A stretch of DNA of 64,000 nucleotides from an uncultured Candidatus Saccharibacteria bacterium (lineage in GTDB: Bacteria; Patescibacteriota; Minisyncoccia; Phycocordibacterales; GWA1-40-21), in NCBI GenBank assembly GCA_964567825.1, contig CAZMNX010000002.1:62767-126766 (forward strand). Direction: 5' to 3'. The notes below the pieces were generated by a model. The model made no database searches. It saw only the letters and a list, made by a program, of their open reading frames with translations, and was not told where the DNA came from. This document shows, in pieces, positions 39,496 through 47,861 of this stretch (position 1 is the first letter of the stretch; each line of letters opens with the position of its first letter). The translations under genes and the position numbers were made by a program.

Positions 39496-39528
39496 GGGTA
39501 TTATAGCAAATCTATTGCGTTTGTCAAG
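39496..39528 (-). promoter_or_regulatory. Promoter of the ter operon, copy B of the 33 bp direct repeat
   Basis: CTTGACAAACGCAATAGATTTGCTATAATACCC on the minus strand. Confidence 0.75.
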
Positions 39529-39622
39529 TATAATAGTGACAAAGGAGAAATGTGGGTTATAAAAAAAACGTCTCGCGGGTGGGCCCGCGAGACGACAGAA
39601 GCCAGAAGAGCGACGCGGGTCG

Positions 39623-39877
39623 TTACTTCTTCTTCTCAACCGAGATGGTGCAGTCACCGGTGACTGCGACCAGAGCACCGACCGCCGACAGCACCGGCGC
39701 CAAGAGCACACCGGCCATGCCCGCGTAGAGCGGGAAGGTGGCGACCACCTTGCGCGCGCCGTTGCGAACCACCACCTTGCGGACGTTGCCCTCACGAATA
39801 AGATTCCGCAGCGCTTCGAGCGCTTCGGCACCCCGCTTCGTGATTTCCTCAACCACCGTTTTCTTCTTACTCGGCAT
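39623..39877 (-). CDS. DUF4342-like small protein, GC-rich cassette
   Basis: LIREGNVRKVVVR...FPL.AG...LAPVL.AVGAL.A...C.I.VEK; own promoter and terminator 39561-39594. Confidence 0.8.
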   Translation of the reverse strand: MPSKKKTVVEEITKRGAEALEALRNLIREGNVRKVVVRNGARKVVATFPLYAGMAGVLLAPVLSAVGALVAVTGDCTISVEKKK

Positions 39878-40023
39878 CTTTCCCTTTCCAGACCGCTGTT
39901 TAGATCAAGCCCCATGCCTAATCGACAACAGTCTAAGACCAAACTGGTATTATTATAAGCACAATTATTTTAAAAAGTCAACAACATCTATACATCTCCC
40001 CTATTTTCTGCTAGAATCACTAA

Positions 40024-41994
40024 GTGAAAGAAAGATACAGAAAACAAGGCAGAAAGGTCCAAAATTCTCCTTCCAAAAAGCCGGAAAAAACTTTAACCGG
40101 AGTCATCAGCGTCAACAGTAAGGGTGTTGGCTATTTTAAGGTGGAAAATGAAAAGATTGATGTGGAAATTCAAACCGCAGATTTAAACAAAGCTTTAAAT
40201 GGCGACACCGTAGTGGTAGCCATTAACGGAAAAAGCCAGCGTGGCCGACCGGCCGGAAAAGTTCTAGAGATAAAAAATCGCGCCAAGAGAAACTTTGCTG
40301 GAGTTCTGCGTGAGGAAAAAGGTAAATTGATCTTGGTACCCGATGATAAGAAAATGTATGCCAATATTTCTATTACCAAAAAAATGGGAAAAGTTGGCGA
40401 CAAGGTTTTGGTTAAAATTACCAAATGGGAAAAAAGTGCCGCTGGCCCGGAAGGTGAAATTATTAAAATACTAGGTAAACATGGCGAGCATAATGCCGAA
40501 ATGCTTTCAATTGTTTTAGAACGCGGTTTTGAGACTGAATTTTCGGAAGCAGTAGAAAAAGAAGCCGAAAAGATCGAGCAAACTGAAAAACCGATTCCCG
40601 CTGCTGAGATTGCTAAAAGAAAAGATTTCCGCCAGACCACCACCTTTACTATTGATCCCAAAACCGCCAAAGACTTTGACGATGCTATTTCGTTTAAAAA
40701 ATTGCCAAACGGCAACTTTGAAATCGGCGTGCATATTGCCGATGTTTCCCACTATGTTCGGGAGGGTACCAATTTGGACAAAGAAGCGTTGAAAAGAGAA
40801 TTTTCAGTTTATATGGTGGATCGTACCGTGCCCATGTTACCAGAAACTTTATCCAACGATATTTGTAGTTTAAATCCAAACGAAGATCGACTCACCTTCT
40901 CCGCAGTTTTTGAATTAGACAAAAATGGTAAAATCTTTAACCGCTGGTTTGGTAAAACAGTGATCAATTCGAATAAAAGATTCACTTATGAAGAGGCTCA
41001 GGAGACTTTGAATAAAAAGACTGGCCAGTATTTTGAGGAATTAAATACTTTAAATGAAATTTCCAAAAAATTAAGAGCCGAAAAAACCAGACACGGCGCT
41101 ATTGATTTCGAACAAGATGAAGTGGTTTTTGATTTAGATGAGAACAATAAACCAGTTCGCATTTATAAAAAGCAAAGATTAGATACTCACAAATTAGTGG
41201 AGGAATATATGCTTTTAGCCAATAAAGAAGTGGCGGAGTTTATTTTCAAGGCCTATAAAAGAGTAAATTCCGACAGCCCTTTCGTTTATCGCATTCACGA
41301 TTTCCCAAATCAGGAAAAAATCGCTCAACTGGCTATTTTCGTGAAGGCTTTAGGTTACAATTTACCGATTGATAAGAAAAACGGCGTAACCGGCAAAGAC
41401 TTGCAGGATTTATTCAGACAGATTGAAGGTAAAGATAATGAGGGCATGATTAAAACCGCGGCGGTGCGTTCCATGGCCAAAGCTATTTATTCCACCAAAA
41501 ATATTGGCCACTTTGGCTTGGCTTTTGAATTTTATACTCACTTCACTTCCCCGATTCGCCGCTATCCCGACTTGCTAGTTCACCGCTTATTATTCAAACA
41601 TCTAAACGATCAGAAATTACCAAAAAGTGAGTGGATTAAATATGAAAAGATTTCCCTGCTTGCCACTGAGCAAGAAGTAAAAGCGGCTGAAGCGGAGCGT
41701 GATTCGAAAAAATATAAACAAATAGAATATATGAGCGAGCGGATTGGCCAAACCTTCGATGGCATCATTTCTGGTATTACCGAATGGGGCATTTATATTG
41801 AAGAAAAAGAAACTCGATCCGAGGGCATGATTAAAATTCGCGATTTAGGAAATGACTATTTCGTCTTGGATCAAAAAAACTATTGCTTAGTTGGTGAAAA
41901 AACCAAACAAAAATTCTCGCTGGGTGATAAAGTAAAATTCAAAATCACGGGTGCTGATTTGGAGAGAAAGACGCTGGATTTAGTGCTAGTGTAA
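40024..41994 (+). CDS. rnr: Ribonuclease R
   Basis: TIDPKTAKDFDDAIS, HFGLAF..YTHFTSPIRRYPDL, C-terminal S1. Confidence 0.95.
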   Translation: MKERYRKQGRKVQNSPSKKPEKTLTGVISVNSKGVGYFKVENEKIDVEIQTADLNKALNGDTVVVAINGKSQRGRPAGKVLEIKNRAKRNFAGVLREEKGKLILVPDDKKMYANISITKKMGKVGDKVLVKITKWEKSAAGPEGEIIKILGKHGEHNAEMLSIVLERGFETEFSEAVEKEAEKIEQTEKPIPAAEIAKRKDFRQTTTFTIDPKTAKDFDDAISFKKLPNGNFEIGVHIADVSHYVREGTNLDKEALKREFSVYMVDRTVPMLPETLSNDICSLNPNEDRLTFSAVFELDKNGKIFNRWFGKTVINSNKRFTYEEAQETLNKKTGQYFEELNTLNEISKKLRAEKTRHGAIDFEQDEVVFDLDENNKPVRIYKKQRLDTHKLVEEYMLLANKEVAEFIFKAYKRVNSDSPFVYRIHDFPNQEKIAQLAIFVKALGYNLPIDKKNGVTGKDLQDLFRQIEGKDNEGMIKTAAVRSMAKAIYSTKNIGHFGLAFEFYTHFTSPIRRYPDLLVHRLLFKHLNDQKLPKSEWIKYEKISLLATEQEVKAAEAERDSKKYKQIEYMSERIGQTFDGIISGITEWGIYIEEKETRSEGMIKIRDLGNDYFVLDQKNYCLVGEKTKQKFSLGDKVKFKITGADLERKTLDLVLV

Positions 41995-42002
41995 ACAAAT
42001 AA

Positions 42003-42410
42003 CTAAACAATTATTTGAGTGCAGTGAGCACAACGTTTAGCACTAAGTGGAATTTCACTTTGGCATTCTGGACATTTCCTGGTTGTTGGATCAGCCGGCG
42101 GACCCTTCTTAGAACGATTCACTAGCAGGTTCATTGGTTTAATTACAAAGAAAAACACGGCCGTGGCAACCAGTAAGAAAGAAATTAGGGCATTAATAAA
42201 TTCACCGTATAGAAACTTACTGCCATTGATCGTAAAAGTTAGTCCAGAAAAATCTGGTACACTAGCGATCGCAGCAATCAAGGGGGTTAGAATATCTTTT
42301 ACTAAAGCACTCACCACCGTGCCGAACGCGGCACCGACGACGACACCGACGGCCAGATCCACTACATTCCCTCTTAATAAAAACTGCTTAAATTCTTTTA
42401 GTGTATTCAT
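42003..42410 (-). CDS. mscL: Large-conductance mechanosensitive channel with C-terminal zinc ribbon
   Basis: EFKQFLLRGNVVDLAVGVVVGAAF; CPEC...CAHC. Confidence 0.95.
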   Translation of the reverse strand: MNTLKEFKQFLLRGNVVDLAVGVVVGAAFGTVVSALVKDILTPLIAAIASVPDFSGLTFTINGSKFLYGEFINALISFLLVATAVFFFVIKPMNLLVNRSKKGPPADPTTRKCPECQSEIPLSAKRCAHCTQIIV

Positions 42411-42422
42411 GGTTCAAGTAAT

Positions 42423-42974
42423 TTATTTCTTTAAATAATCAAGCATGGTATCGGCATCACTAACCTCAAATGGATCGGTTGGGCAATTATTTTTCTTACC
42501 AGCCTCCGCAAATATCTTTTGAATTTTACCGTCCACGACATACATACTATAACGCCAAGAACGATTACCAAACCCTAGATTATCTTTTTTTACCAACATC
42601 TTCATCTTTTTAGTAAACTCGAGAGCGCCGTCTGGCAAGAACTTCACATTTTTAATTTCCAAATCATTAAACCAATTAAGCATAACGAAAGCATCATTTA
42701 CTGACAAACAATAAACTTCATCAACACTTAACTTCTTAAAGTCGGAATATTTAGCTTCGTAACCTGGCAGATGGGTACCAGAACAAGTTGGGGTATAGGC
42801 ACCGGGTAGAGCAAAAACAATTACTTTTTTACCGGCAAAAATATCCTTGGTTGATAAATCTTGCCAATCAAAAATTGGACACACCGAACTACCAGTTTTT
42901 ATAAAATCCTTGTCTAGCAATAAGGTTTTAAAAGTAACCTTGGGGACGGTTTTAATTGTATTATTTTTTTTCAT
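42423..42974 (-). CDS. Peroxiredoxin (Prx5-like)
   Basis: PGAYTPTCS, SVNDAFVM, RSWRYSM. Confidence 0.92.
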   Translation of the reverse strand: MKKNNTIKTVPKVTFKTLLLDKDFIKTGSSVCPIFDWQDLSTKDIFAGKKVIVFALPGAYTPTCSGTHLPGYEAKYSDFKKLSVDEVYCLSVNDAFVMLNWFNDLEIKNVKFLPDGALEFTKKMKMLVKKDNLGFGNRSWRYSMYVVDGKIQKIFAEAGKKNNCPTDPFEVSDADTMLDYLKK

Positions 42975-42978
42975 AACT

Positions 42979-43245
42979 CTATTCTACCTCAAAAACTTTC
43001 TGTTTAGAAGTCTGACCAGAAATCAGGGTAATTGACGAAGGTGAAGTGTCAAAATAACTGGCTAAAGCTTTAATTATCGCCTCGTTTGCCTTGCCGGCCA
43101 CCGGAGCTTCCTTAACTGATACTTTATAAATCGGTGTATCAATTTTCTTAGCTTTTTCATTACTCAAGCCCAAAGTTGGTTGACTAATTCTCTCAACCTT
43201 TTCTATCCTAGCTTTCGTTTTAGCCTTAACAATTATTCTGACCAT
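42979..43245 (-). CDS. DUF167 / YggU family protein
   Basis: PVAGKANEAII..LA..F......LISGQTSKQK. Confidence 0.85.
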   Translation of the reverse strand: MVRIIVKAKTKARIEKVERISQPTLGLSNEKAKKIDTPIYKVSVKEAPVAGKANEAIIKALASYFDTSPSSITLISGQTSKQKVFEVE

Positions 43246-43250
43246 AAAAA

Positions 43251-43502
43251 TTAAAACTCCATTTTATCCCGTTCTTTTTTAACAATCTTATCAAGAACCT
43301 TATTCCAAATGCTTAAATGCCTAGTTAATGGACTAGCAAAAGTGCCAAGAGAAGCTAGAAGTAGAATAACAAAAGCCATCCAGCTAATGCTCACCGGATT
43401 TTTAATGGCGAATAAAATAGCATAAAAGAAAAAATACCAAACTAATAATTCCACTAGCCACCATAAATAATTTTTAGACATAGTTTTATATACTTTAATC
43501 AA
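43251..43502 (-). CDS. Small hypothetical membrane protein
   Basis: Two hydrophobic segments. Confidence 0.6.
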   Translation of the reverse strand: MIKVYKTMSKNYLWWLVELLVWYFFFYAILFAIKNPVSISWMAFVILLLASLGTFASPLTRHLSIWNKVLDKIVKKERDKMEF

Positions 43503-43567
43503 CTAAAATAGTTCGACCTTTATATCTCAAGTTTATGCCCAAAACGAGCCAAATGCAACGGGACTAA

Positions 43568-44044
43568 TTAATTTAGGATCCAAATAGTATAATTCAAGTA
43601 CGAGGCGAAACTAACCCATAAAATATAGGGTAAAAGCAAATACATAGCAGGCTTAGAAATTCTAGCAAAGGCGATCATCGAAGCCAAAATGGCCAACCAA
43701 AGGAAAGCAATCTCGATTAGGGCTCCACCTGGATTTTGCCAACCAAAAAAGATAATTGACCAAAAAGTATTGAGAATTAATTGCAAAACAAAAATACTTA
43801 GGGCGATTTTTACATCACGACGTCCTAAACCCTTTCGCCAAACCAAAAAAGCGGCAATGCCCATAAGAATAAATAAAGTAGTCCAGACTGGACCAAAAAC
43901 CCAAGACGGTGGATTTAATGGTCCTGTTATCAAACCCGTGTACCAGCCAGGAATTGAAGGGGTGGTAAAAATCGCCCCGATGATTCCCGCCAGCTGCGAG
44001 ACGACTAGCGCAATTACTAATTTGAAAAAGTTATTTATTTTCAT
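43568..44044 (-). CDS. tspO: TspO/MBR tryptophan-rich sensory protein
   Basis: WY..L...PPSWVFGPVWT, LN..WS.IFFG, PYILWVSFA. Confidence 0.93.
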   Translation of the reverse strand: MKINNFFKLVIALVVSQLAGIIGAIFTTPSIPGWYTGLITGPLNPPSWVFGPVWTTLFILMGIAAFLVWRKGLGRRDVKIALSIFVLQLILNTFWSIIFFGWQNPGGALIEIAFLWLAILASMIAFARISKPAMYLLLPYILWVSFASYLNYTIWILN

Positions 44045-44877
44045 TTTGTTTGTTTAAATCCCAAAAGATTATTATTAATAGCGGCTAAAACTTGATCATC
44101 ATGAGCATCGTCAATCATTTGTTCTGGTAAGTCTTTATCCAGTTTAATTTTTGCCAAAATGGCCAGAGTTCGTTCATAAACTTTGGCAACGTCTGGTCGG
44201 CCAATTGATTCGGCATACTGTTTAAATGCCTCAAGTTGAGCAATTATCTCTTCGACCACAATTGCTTGAACAACGTGCATCTCTAGGGCATCTTTATCCT
44301 CCTCCATCCATTTTTCAACCAAATCTATAATCGTTTTTCGATCAGCCCCGATCACCACCCTTGGAATATTTCTTTTTTCACCCTTAAAGCCTAAAGCTTC
44401 AGAAACAAAGTACTTTACGTTAGTTAATATTCCTCGATCTATTTCGTCTTTTATTCGGTCAAACTTCCTTTGTAATTCGTGACTCGAAGTAACATCAATT
44501 GCTAGAGCCAAGTGAGTAACACCTTCATCGACGTCAAGTTCTACAATTGAATCGACACCATTTCTATAATCATCGTATTTTGAAGCCTGTTGTGTCATGG
44601 CTGATTCACCGAGCCAGTTGCTTAATTCAATTTGCTCGTAAACAATCATTTCAAAAACCTTAGCCATTTTACGTAGCATCGCTTCAACCTGCGTGTCCCT
44701 TGCTTCAGATTCCTTAAACTTAAGCTCCATATCGGCAACATATTGCAAGTCGTGTTCAAGGTCCCTGTTATTTGTGAAGTCTTGCATCTTCACAGGATCT
44801 TCAAGTTCCTGAGCTTTCTTAAAGGCATCAGTTAATAAAATATCATCTTCCAAATGGCTCTCAAAAGGATTGCTCAT
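44041..44877 (-). CDS. Hypothetical acidic protein, possible PD-(D/E)xK-like fold
   Basis: YDDYRNGVDSIVE...LAIDVT pattern. Confidence 0.55.
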   Translation of the reverse strand: MSNPFESHLEDDILLTDAFKKAQELEDPVKMQDFTNNRDLEHDLQYVADMELKFKESEARDTQVEAMLRKMAKVFEMIVYEQIELSNWLGESAMTQQASKYDDYRNGVDSIVELDVDEGVTHLALAIDVTSSHELQRKFDRIKDEIDRGILTNVKYFVSEALGFKGEKRNIPRVVIGADRKTIIDLVEKWMEEDKDALEMHVVQAIVVEEIIAQLEAFKQYAESIGRPDVAKVYERTLAILAKIKLDKDLPEQMIDDAHDDQVLAAINNNLLGFKQTK

Positions 44878-45001
44878 ATTGCTATAAATTCTAACATAAA
44901 TTTAAAAGAATGGTATTTGACCAAAATCAAATTTTTAGGTAAAGTATTACTAGATCAGTTCGGGTTGAAGAACTCTTAACCCCTTGAGAAGGAAACGTTA
45001 A

Positions 45002-45448
45002 ATGAACGTAACTTTGACAGCAGAGATTGTACACGGAGTAAATGCCCTGGCGCCTCTTGTCGCCGTGGTTCATGAGGTGAATGCACCGGACGGGCTCTTG
45101 CTCGATCACGGCTTCTACCTCGAATTCGGACATGCGGTCCCCCAGGGACTGCACTACGAATTGGAGCTGACCGACCCGACGATCTGGACACATGCCCATC
45201 GGGACATGATCCATCATCGCCAGTCGACACTCAACGAACGTCGCTTCGTGTGCTATCCATTGCCAATGCCAACTCGGGCCAAGGCACGAGACGTCTTCAC
45301 CATCTGGGCGCTGGGAACGGCGTTCACGATGATGCACGGGAAAGACTTCCAGCTAATTCACACCGGCGATAATCTCGCTTTCATGAGAATCATGAGCAAG
45401 ACCTATCACCTGAACGTCGCACACGTTCGTTTCTCCGATCTTCCTTAA
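45002..45448 (+). CDS. GC-rich hypothetical His-rich protein cassette
   Basis: TTGACC-17-TAAAGT, SD AAGGA, hairpin 45467-45500. Confidence 0.6.
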   Translation: MNVTLTAEIVHGVNALAPLVAVVHEVNAPDGLLLDHGFYLEFGHAVPQGLHYELELTDPTIWTHAHRDMIHHRQSTLNERRFVCYPLPMPTRAKARDVFTIWALGTAFTMMHGKDFQLIHTGDNLAFMRIMSKTYHLNVAHVRFSDLP

Positions 45449-45506
45449 CCCCGGTCCATTAGGACCCAGCCCCGCCGACCATCACGGTCGCGCGGGGCTG
45501 ATTAGT

Positions 45507-45629
45507 TTATTTCTTAGCCTTCTTCGCCTTTTTAGCGGCTAAACGAGCGTGCTTGGTTGCCAAGCGCTTCGCTGTCTTGCGAGAACGAGAAGTTTTATTT
45601 TTAATATCTTGTGATGCTCTTTTGGCCAT
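45507..45629 (-). CDS. 40 aa highly basic small protein, not in ORF track
   Basis: MAKRASQDIKNKTSRSRKTAKRLATKHARLAAKKAKKAKK*, directly downstream of the CxxC gene. Confidence 0.7.
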   Translation of the reverse strand: MAKRASQDIKNKTSRSRKTAKRLATKHARLAAKKAKKAKK

Positions 45630-45654
45630 GATATTTAATTTGCTTAATTAATAA

Positions 45655-46206
45655 TTATTTTTTTGAAGCTTTTTTAGCTTTAGCTGATTTTACCACTTTT
45701 TTTTCTTTTACAACAGGCGCTACTTTAACCTCAGCAATTGGAGCTGGAGCCACTTCCTTTTTGGGAGTTGGATCCTGACCTTGCGATTTCAAAATCTTAT
45801 CAAGCTTAATGTTAATCATCGCTAGTTGCGTCTTAATATCATTACTTGAAAAATCATCAGGTGAGGCTACTCGAACCGGAGTACGATAATCAGTTTTATC
45901 ATTAAAACCAGGACGAGGAGCACGTCTTGGCATTGGACCAGAATTAGCGCGATCAGGACCACCATGCTTTACAAAACAATCTTTACAATAGACTGGCTTA
46001 TCACCTGAGGGGCGAAAAGGCACCTTACAATTTTTACCACAGTCAGTACAAATCACATCGTGTAATTCAACTGGACCACGATCGCCACCTTTATCCCAAG
46101 GCTTTCGGCCACCAAAACCACCAGCATTTCGAGCGGCGAAACCACCACCGTGCCCACCGTGACCGCCACCAAATCCGCCACCACCGCCTCGATTAAATTT
46201 TCCCAT
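45655..46206 (-). CDS. CxxC-x17-CxxC zinc-ribbon protein with Gly/Arg-rich N-terminus and Lys-rich tail
   Basis: CTDCGKNCKVPFRPSGDKPVYCKDCF. Confidence 0.85.
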   Translation of the reverse strand: MGKFNRGGGGGFGGGHGGHGGGFAARNAGGFGGRKPWDKGGDRGPVELHDVICTDCGKNCKVPFRPSGDKPVYCKDCFVKHGGPDRANSGPMPRRAPRPGFNDKTDYRTPVRVASPDDFSSNDIKTQLAMINIKLDKILKSQGQDPTPKKEVAPAPIAEVKVAPVVKEKKVVKSAKAKKASKK

Positions 46207-46396
46207 TATTTTTTTTAATTAAGAATTATTAAATTAGTTCTCTATTCTGCACTATTTTCGTCAAAATAGCAAGACTCTTAGCTATTAGGTTAAGCCAAAT
46301 TATTTTCAGGCCTGAAATAGCCTTATATTACAACACCTATTGACTTATCCCCAGTCAATCCTTGACGGGTCTTGATACCTCTGTAGTATTAATAAT

Positions 46397-46522
46397 ATGA
46401 ATAGAAAATATTCACAGCTTAATAAGAACTGGAACACCGACTGCGTCGGCTTTATTGCCATGTCAGTCCATAATCCATTTTTGTTTAGCCGTGATATTTT
46501 TAGAAGCTCGCGCAGAGCATAA
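46397..46522 (+). CDS. Putative 41 aa leader peptide upstream of the MFS transporter
   Basis: MNRKYSQLNKNWNTDCVGFIAMSVHNPFLFSRDIFRSSRRA*; ATG 7 nt after -10 TAGTAT. Confidence 0.45.
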   Translation: MNRKYSQLNKNWNTDCVGFIAMSVHNPFLFSRDIFRSSRRA

Positions 46523-46548
46523 AAATCTCCCCCTCTGATTTTAGAAGG

Positions 46549-46578
46549 ATCTCGGCTAAACGAAAGCCGAGATTCTTT
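46549..46578 (+). terminator. Attenuator-like hairpin in the MFS leader
   Basis: ATCTCGGCT-loop-AGCCGAGAT followed by TCTTT. Confidence 0.55.
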
Positions 46579-46625
46579 CGTATAGCAGTTCTTTGACAAA
46601 CCAAAATCTCAAATGGAGTAAGACA

Positions 46626-47825
46626 GTGAAAGCGAAAAAAATCGTAGCGGCCTATTACCTCATCTCGGCCCTGACAAGTGGCAGTATGGGGTTCATCATG
46701 GGAGTTTACAGCAACTTCCTACGGTCCGGTGGTCTTGATGAATTCTGGGTCAACACGGTGAACGTCATTTATTTTATGACGATCACTCTCTGTGAAATTC
46801 CGACTGGCCTTTTTGCCGACATCTTCGGCCGAAAGAATTCAATCGTTATTTCCTGTCTCTTGGAGGCAGTGTCCTGTGGTGTCTACGGTCTGTCCAGAGG
46901 TTTCGGTGGTTTTGCGATCGCTGAAACAATTGGCGCCGTTGGCCGAACTTTCGCCAGCGGAGCATTCGATGCTTGGTTGGTGGACAGTCTAAAAGCTAAC
47001 GGCGAAGATCACAACATAAAAAAGATCTTCGCCAAACGCAGTTTAATTTCACGAATGGCGGTGATCGCAACGGCCCTAGCGGGAGGCTGGCTTGGCGACA
47101 AAGGACTTAATCTACCCTTCTTCATGAGCAGCTTACTGTTCTTGATTACGGGTTTGATTGTCCTACTTGTTATGAAGGAAAAAAACTTTGTGAGACAAAA
47201 GTTTTCTCTCAAAGCGGGTTTGGTAGAAATGAAACAGACCTGGCAGAAAAGCCTAACCTTCGCCAAGAAGGATTTGAACTTTCGCTTTGTTCTCATTATT
47301 AGCGGGGTGCAAACATTTGCGATGATGGCCCCGAATATGGAATGGCAAAAGCTCTTTTCCAACCTTGGCTTCAGTAACTCGCACAATGGCATCATTGCCG
47401 GAGTAATCAACATAACACTAATGGCTGGAGCGGTGCTGTCGAGCCGGATTGACTGGCTAATAAAGGAAGAAAAAAACCAGATGGTTTGGTCTCAGGTGTT
47501 AATCGGTCTGTGTGTGATCTTGACCGCCACCTGCCATCAAATTTATCCGGTAGTAACTTTCTTCTTACTCCATGAGCTCTGTCGCGGAATGGCTGATCCA
47601 ATCATGGACTCATACGTTCAAAAATGCATCGTCTCACCTAAGGAGAGAGCGACTCTTTCTTCCTTTGGTTCGATGATCAAGCATTTTGGCGGCGCTTTGG
47701 GATTATTGGTCTCCGGTTTGATCGCTAAACTGGCCGGCATAAACGCCGCCTGGATAGTGTCCGGATCGCTCATGATCATTGCTAGCCTTTGGGTAGCAAA
47801 AAATCACGCGCAAAAATCAAAGTAG
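46626..47825 (+). CDS. MFS transporter
   Basis: EIPTGLFADIFGRK motif A, SGAFDAWLVD, RATLSS; SD GGAG before GTG 46626; terminator 47831-47862. Confidence 0.9.
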   Translation: MKAKKIVAAYYLISALTSGSMGFIMGVYSNFLRSGGLDEFWVNTVNVIYFMTITLCEIPTGLFADIFGRKNSIVISCLLEAVSCGVYGLSRGFGGFAIAETIGAVGRTFASGAFDAWLVDSLKANGEDHNIKKIFAKRSLISRMAVIATALAGGWLGDKGLNLPFFMSSLLFLITGLIVLLVMKEKNFVRQKFSLKAGLVEMKQTWQKSLTFAKKDLNFRFVLIISGVQTFAMMAPNMEWQKLFSNLGFSNSHNGIIAGVINITLMAGAVLSSRIDWLIKEEKNQMVWSQVLIGLCVILTATCHQIYPVVTFFLLHELCRGMADPIMDSYVQKCIVSPKERATLSSFGSMIKHFGGALGLLVSGLIAKLAGINAAWIVSGSLMIIASLWVAKNHAQKSK

Positions 47826-47861
47826 TAACCAGGGTCGTCCGCTCATACCGGACGACTCTTT

